This document shows, in pieces, positions 16,105 through 17,811 of a stretch of DNA of 17,811 bases. The notes beneath the pieces are model-generated. The model saw nothing but the letters and a program-made list of their open reading frames with translations. It searched no databases and was not told where the DNA came from. Each line of letters opens with the position of its first letter. The first letter of the stretch is position 1. The stretch lies in assembly GCA_044220955.1 (NCBI GenBank), contig JBGAQA010000123.1, positions 1 through 17,811 of the forward strand. Direction: 5' to 3'. The position numbers and the translations under genes are program-made. The DNA is from Sandaracinaceae bacterium (GTDB lineage: Bacteria; Myxococcota_A; Polyangia; Polyangiales; Sandaracinaceae).

Positions 16105-16632
16105 TCAGCGGTGCGGCGTGCCGGCGTCCAGCGCGGACGCCGGGCGCTCGCCCTCGTCGTGGTGATCGCCCTCGTCGTGGTGCTCGCCCTCCTCACCGCC
16201 CGAGAGCTCTGCGACGCGGTGAAACGCGTCGTGCAGATCCGAGAGGCGCTCCTCGACCGCTGGGCCCGACGTGCTGCACTCGAGCGCGAGCCCGTCCGCC
16301 GCGCCCGAGAGGCTCGCGGTCGCGCCGTGCCAGTGATCGCCGTCGACGCCCGCCGGCGTCGGCACCGCCTGGACGGCGATCGCCCGCTCGTGGAGCACGC
16401 TCGCGCGCTCGCAGGCCGCGCGCGTGCGCACCGCACCGGGCTCGGCGTGGAACACCGGCGCGATCTCCGCGTGCATCGCGTCGACCTCGGCGATGCTGGG
16501 CCCAGGGTGTTGCTCGTGATCGCGCTCGTGGTCCGATCGCGCGGCGGCTCCCCCGCTCTCGCTGGCGCCACCGCCGCAGGCGGCGAGAGCGATGACCACG
16601 AGGCACGGGACGAACGGGCGGGGGAGGCGCAT
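16105..16632 (-). CDS. His-rich helical lipoprotein, hypothetical
   Basis: Lipobox LAA-C and His clusters (DHERDHEQH, MHAEIAPVFH, LHDAFH, EHHDEGDHHDE). Start ATG 16632 is favoured over GTG 16641. Confidence 0.75.
   Translation of the reverse strand: MRLPRPFVPCLVVIALAACGGGASESGGAAARSDHERDHEQHPGPSIAEVDAMHAEIAPVFHAEPGAVRTRAACERASVLHERAIAVQAVPTPAGVDGDHWHGATASLSGAADGLALECSTSGPAVEERLSDLHDAFHRVAELSGGEEGEHHDEGDHHDEGERPASALDAGTPHR
16148..16191. repeat. 18-bp tandem coding repeat TCGCCCTCGTCGTGGTG(A/C), about 2.4 copies
   Basis: Units at 16148-16165 and 16166-16183 with a partial copy at 16184-16191. Encodes EGEHHDEGDHHDEGE on the minus strand. Confidence 0.85.
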
Positions 16633-16665
16633 GGCGGGCACCCTACTCGCTCGCGGGGCGCCGAG

Positions 16666-16884
16666 CTACGGCCGCTCGCCCATGCCCGGGCAGGCGACGA
16701 TGAGCGAGTGCCCGGTCTCGCAGAGGCCGGTGATGCACAGCGCCATCTCGCCGCACGTGCGGTCGGGGTTGCAGTCGGCGTTCGTGCGGCAGGGCATCCC
16801 GCCCATGCGATCGGGGGGTGGATCGCTCCGCGGGCAGCCACCGAGGACCAGACCGAGACCGAGGACGACGAGGGCGGCGCGCAC
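16666..16884 (-). CDS. Small Cys-rich lipoprotein, hypothetical (72 aa)
   Basis: Hydrophobic leader with lipobox LGG-C. The mature part has six Cys (CRTNADCNPDRTCGEMALCITGLC...C). It is co-oriented with and does not overlap its neighbours. Confidence 0.72.
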   Translation of the reverse strand: MRAALVVLGLGLVLGGCPRSDPPPDRMGGMPCRTNADCNPDRTCGEMALCITGLCETGHSLIVACPGMGERP

Positions 16885-16890
16885 ACGGGC

Positions 16891-16896
16891 AGCGTA
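16891..16896 (-). promoter_or_regulatory. Putative -10 hexamer TACGCT (leaderless-type)
   Basis: TANNNT lies 6 nt upstream of GTG 16884, with no Shine-Dalgarno sequence in between. Confidence 0.4.
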
Positions 16897-16984
16897 CCGC
16901 GCGTTCCGGTGTACGTCAGGTCCGCGCGCGCGTCGACGAGCGGCGCCGACGGCGGGCCCGCCGACCGCGGGGCCCCTCCCGGAC

Positions 16985-16990
16985 TACACT
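16985..16990 (+). promoter_or_regulatory. Putative -10 hexamer TACACT (leaderless-type)
   Basis: TANNNT lies 5 nt upstream of ATG 16996, with no Shine-Dalgarno sequence in between. Confidence 0.45.
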
Positions 16991-16995
16991 GCGTC

Positions 16996-17613
16996 ATGGC
17001 CTCGCGCTTCCTCGCCCTCGCGGCGCTCGCCCTCGTCTGCGGCGTGCTGCGGGGCGCGCTCATCTTCCGGGAGAACCGCCGGCTGCTCGCGTCGGCGACG
17101 CGCGAGTCGCTCACCGACGGGCTGACCGGCCTGTACAACCACCGCACCTTCCAGGAGCGCTTCTCGCAGCTCATCGAGCGCAGCGCGCGCCACGGCAAGA
17201 AGTGCACGCTGATCCTGACCGACATCGATCACTTCAAGAAGGTCAACGACACGTACGGCCACGACGTCGGCGACGTGGTGATCAAGGGCCTCGGCGACAT
17301 CCTGAAGCGCGTGAAGCGCACCACCGACTCGGTCGCGCGCTTCGGCGGAGAGGAGTTCGTCCTGCTCTGCGAGGAGACCGACGCGAAGGGCGCGATGCTC
17401 CTCGCCGAGCGCATCCGCGAGGAGCTCGGTCGCACGGTCTTCCCGACGCCCAACGGCCCGCTCAGCGTCACGTGCTCGCTCGGCGTCGCGACCTTTCCGG
17501 ATGCGGGTCGCGACTGGGAGACGATGTTCAAGGCCGCCGACGAGGCGCTGTACGCCTCGAAGCGCGGCGGTCGCAACCGCTCGACGGCCTGGTCCTCGCG
17601 CCGCGCGGCCTGA
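16996..17613 (+). CDS. Diguanylate cyclase (GGEEF) with a single N-terminal hydrophobic helix, 205 aa
   Basis: Motifs TDGLTGLYNHR, DIDHFKKVNDTYGH, RTTD (RxxD I-site), RFGGEEF and ADEALYASKRGGRNR. The start is placed at ATG 16996 because the upstream part of the track ORF is antisense to two genes. Confidence 0.9.
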   Translation: MASRFLALAALALVCGVLRGALIFRENRRLLASATRESLTDGLTGLYNHRTFQERFSQLIERSARHGKKCTLILTDIDHFKKVNDTYGHDVGDVVIKGLGDILKRVKRTTDSVARFGGEEFVLLCEETDAKGAMLLAERIREELGRTVFPTPNGPLSVTCSLGVATFPDAGRDWETMFKAADEALYASKRGGRNRSTAWSSRRAA

Positions 17614-17630
17614 GCGGGGAGAGCGCCACC

Positions 17631-17811
17631 ATGTTCGCCCGCATCGCGCGCTTCGAGTTCGCCTACCAGCTCCGCAACCCGGTGTTGTGGATCAGCTTCG
17701 GCCTCTTTTTCCTGTTGACCTTCGGCGCCGTCACGATCGACGAGATCCAGATCGGCTCCGGCGGCAATACGCACGTCAATTCGCCCTTCGCCATCGTGCA
17801 GACGCTCGTGA
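17631..17811 (+). CDS. Partial CDS (5' end): ABC-2 type permease, resembling permease/M1-aminopeptidase fusion proteins
   Basis: Not in the ORF track because there is no stop within the window. Translates as MFARIARFEFAYQLRNPVLWISFGLFFLLTFGAVTIDEIQIGSGGNTHVNSPFAIVQTLV, with purine-rich RBS GGGGAGAG upstream. The FEFxYQLR and NSP motifs are recalled from that family. Confidence 0.72.
   Translation, partial: MFARIARFEFAYQLRNPVLWISFGLFFLLTFGAVTIDEIQIGSGGNTHVNSPFAIVQTLV

Noticed and set aside
16105..16884. c-type cytochrome or RiPP precursor assignment for the His-rich and Cys-rich small proteins
   Set aside because: There is no CxxCH motif, no modifying enzymes are nearby, and both proteins have ordinary lipoprotein signal peptides.
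16075..16995. Long N-terminal sensor region of the GGDEF protein (512-aa ORF)
   Set aside because: It is antisense to two lipoprotein genes with clear lipoboxes and shows no recognisable domain.

Overview
This is a very GC-rich bacterial window. The protein styles and gene content point to Myxococcota, probably Polyangiales-like; this is an inference. Its core is a complete type IVa pilus assembly operon, pilM-pilN-pilO-pilP-pilQ, on the minus strand (1184-6557), with a strong intrinsic terminator between pilP and pilQ. On the left, a YihY/BrkB membrane-protein gene converges on pilQ. The junction holds a gapless 145-bp imperfect palindrome with duplicated GGGGTCACTCCA(C) ends, a MITE/REPIN-like element that overlaps the 3' ends of both genes. 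A LysM-LysM-peptidase M15 gene is divergent from pilM. Next is a translationally coupled four-gene minus-strand cluster (7767-14716): an RCC1/BLIP-II-like beta-propeller lipoprotein, a secreted protein with a probable C-terminal outer-membrane beta-barrel, a FecR-like/Ig-like lipoprotein and a membrane hybrid histidine kinase. This cluster is the best candidate for an undescribed trans-envelope signalling system. The right end has a GT-C (ArnT/PMT-like) glycosyltransferase, a His-rich lipoprotein, a small Cys-rich lipoprotein, a short GGEEF diguanylate cyclase and the start of an ABC-permease-like gene. All calls come from reading motifs by eye; no database searches were run.
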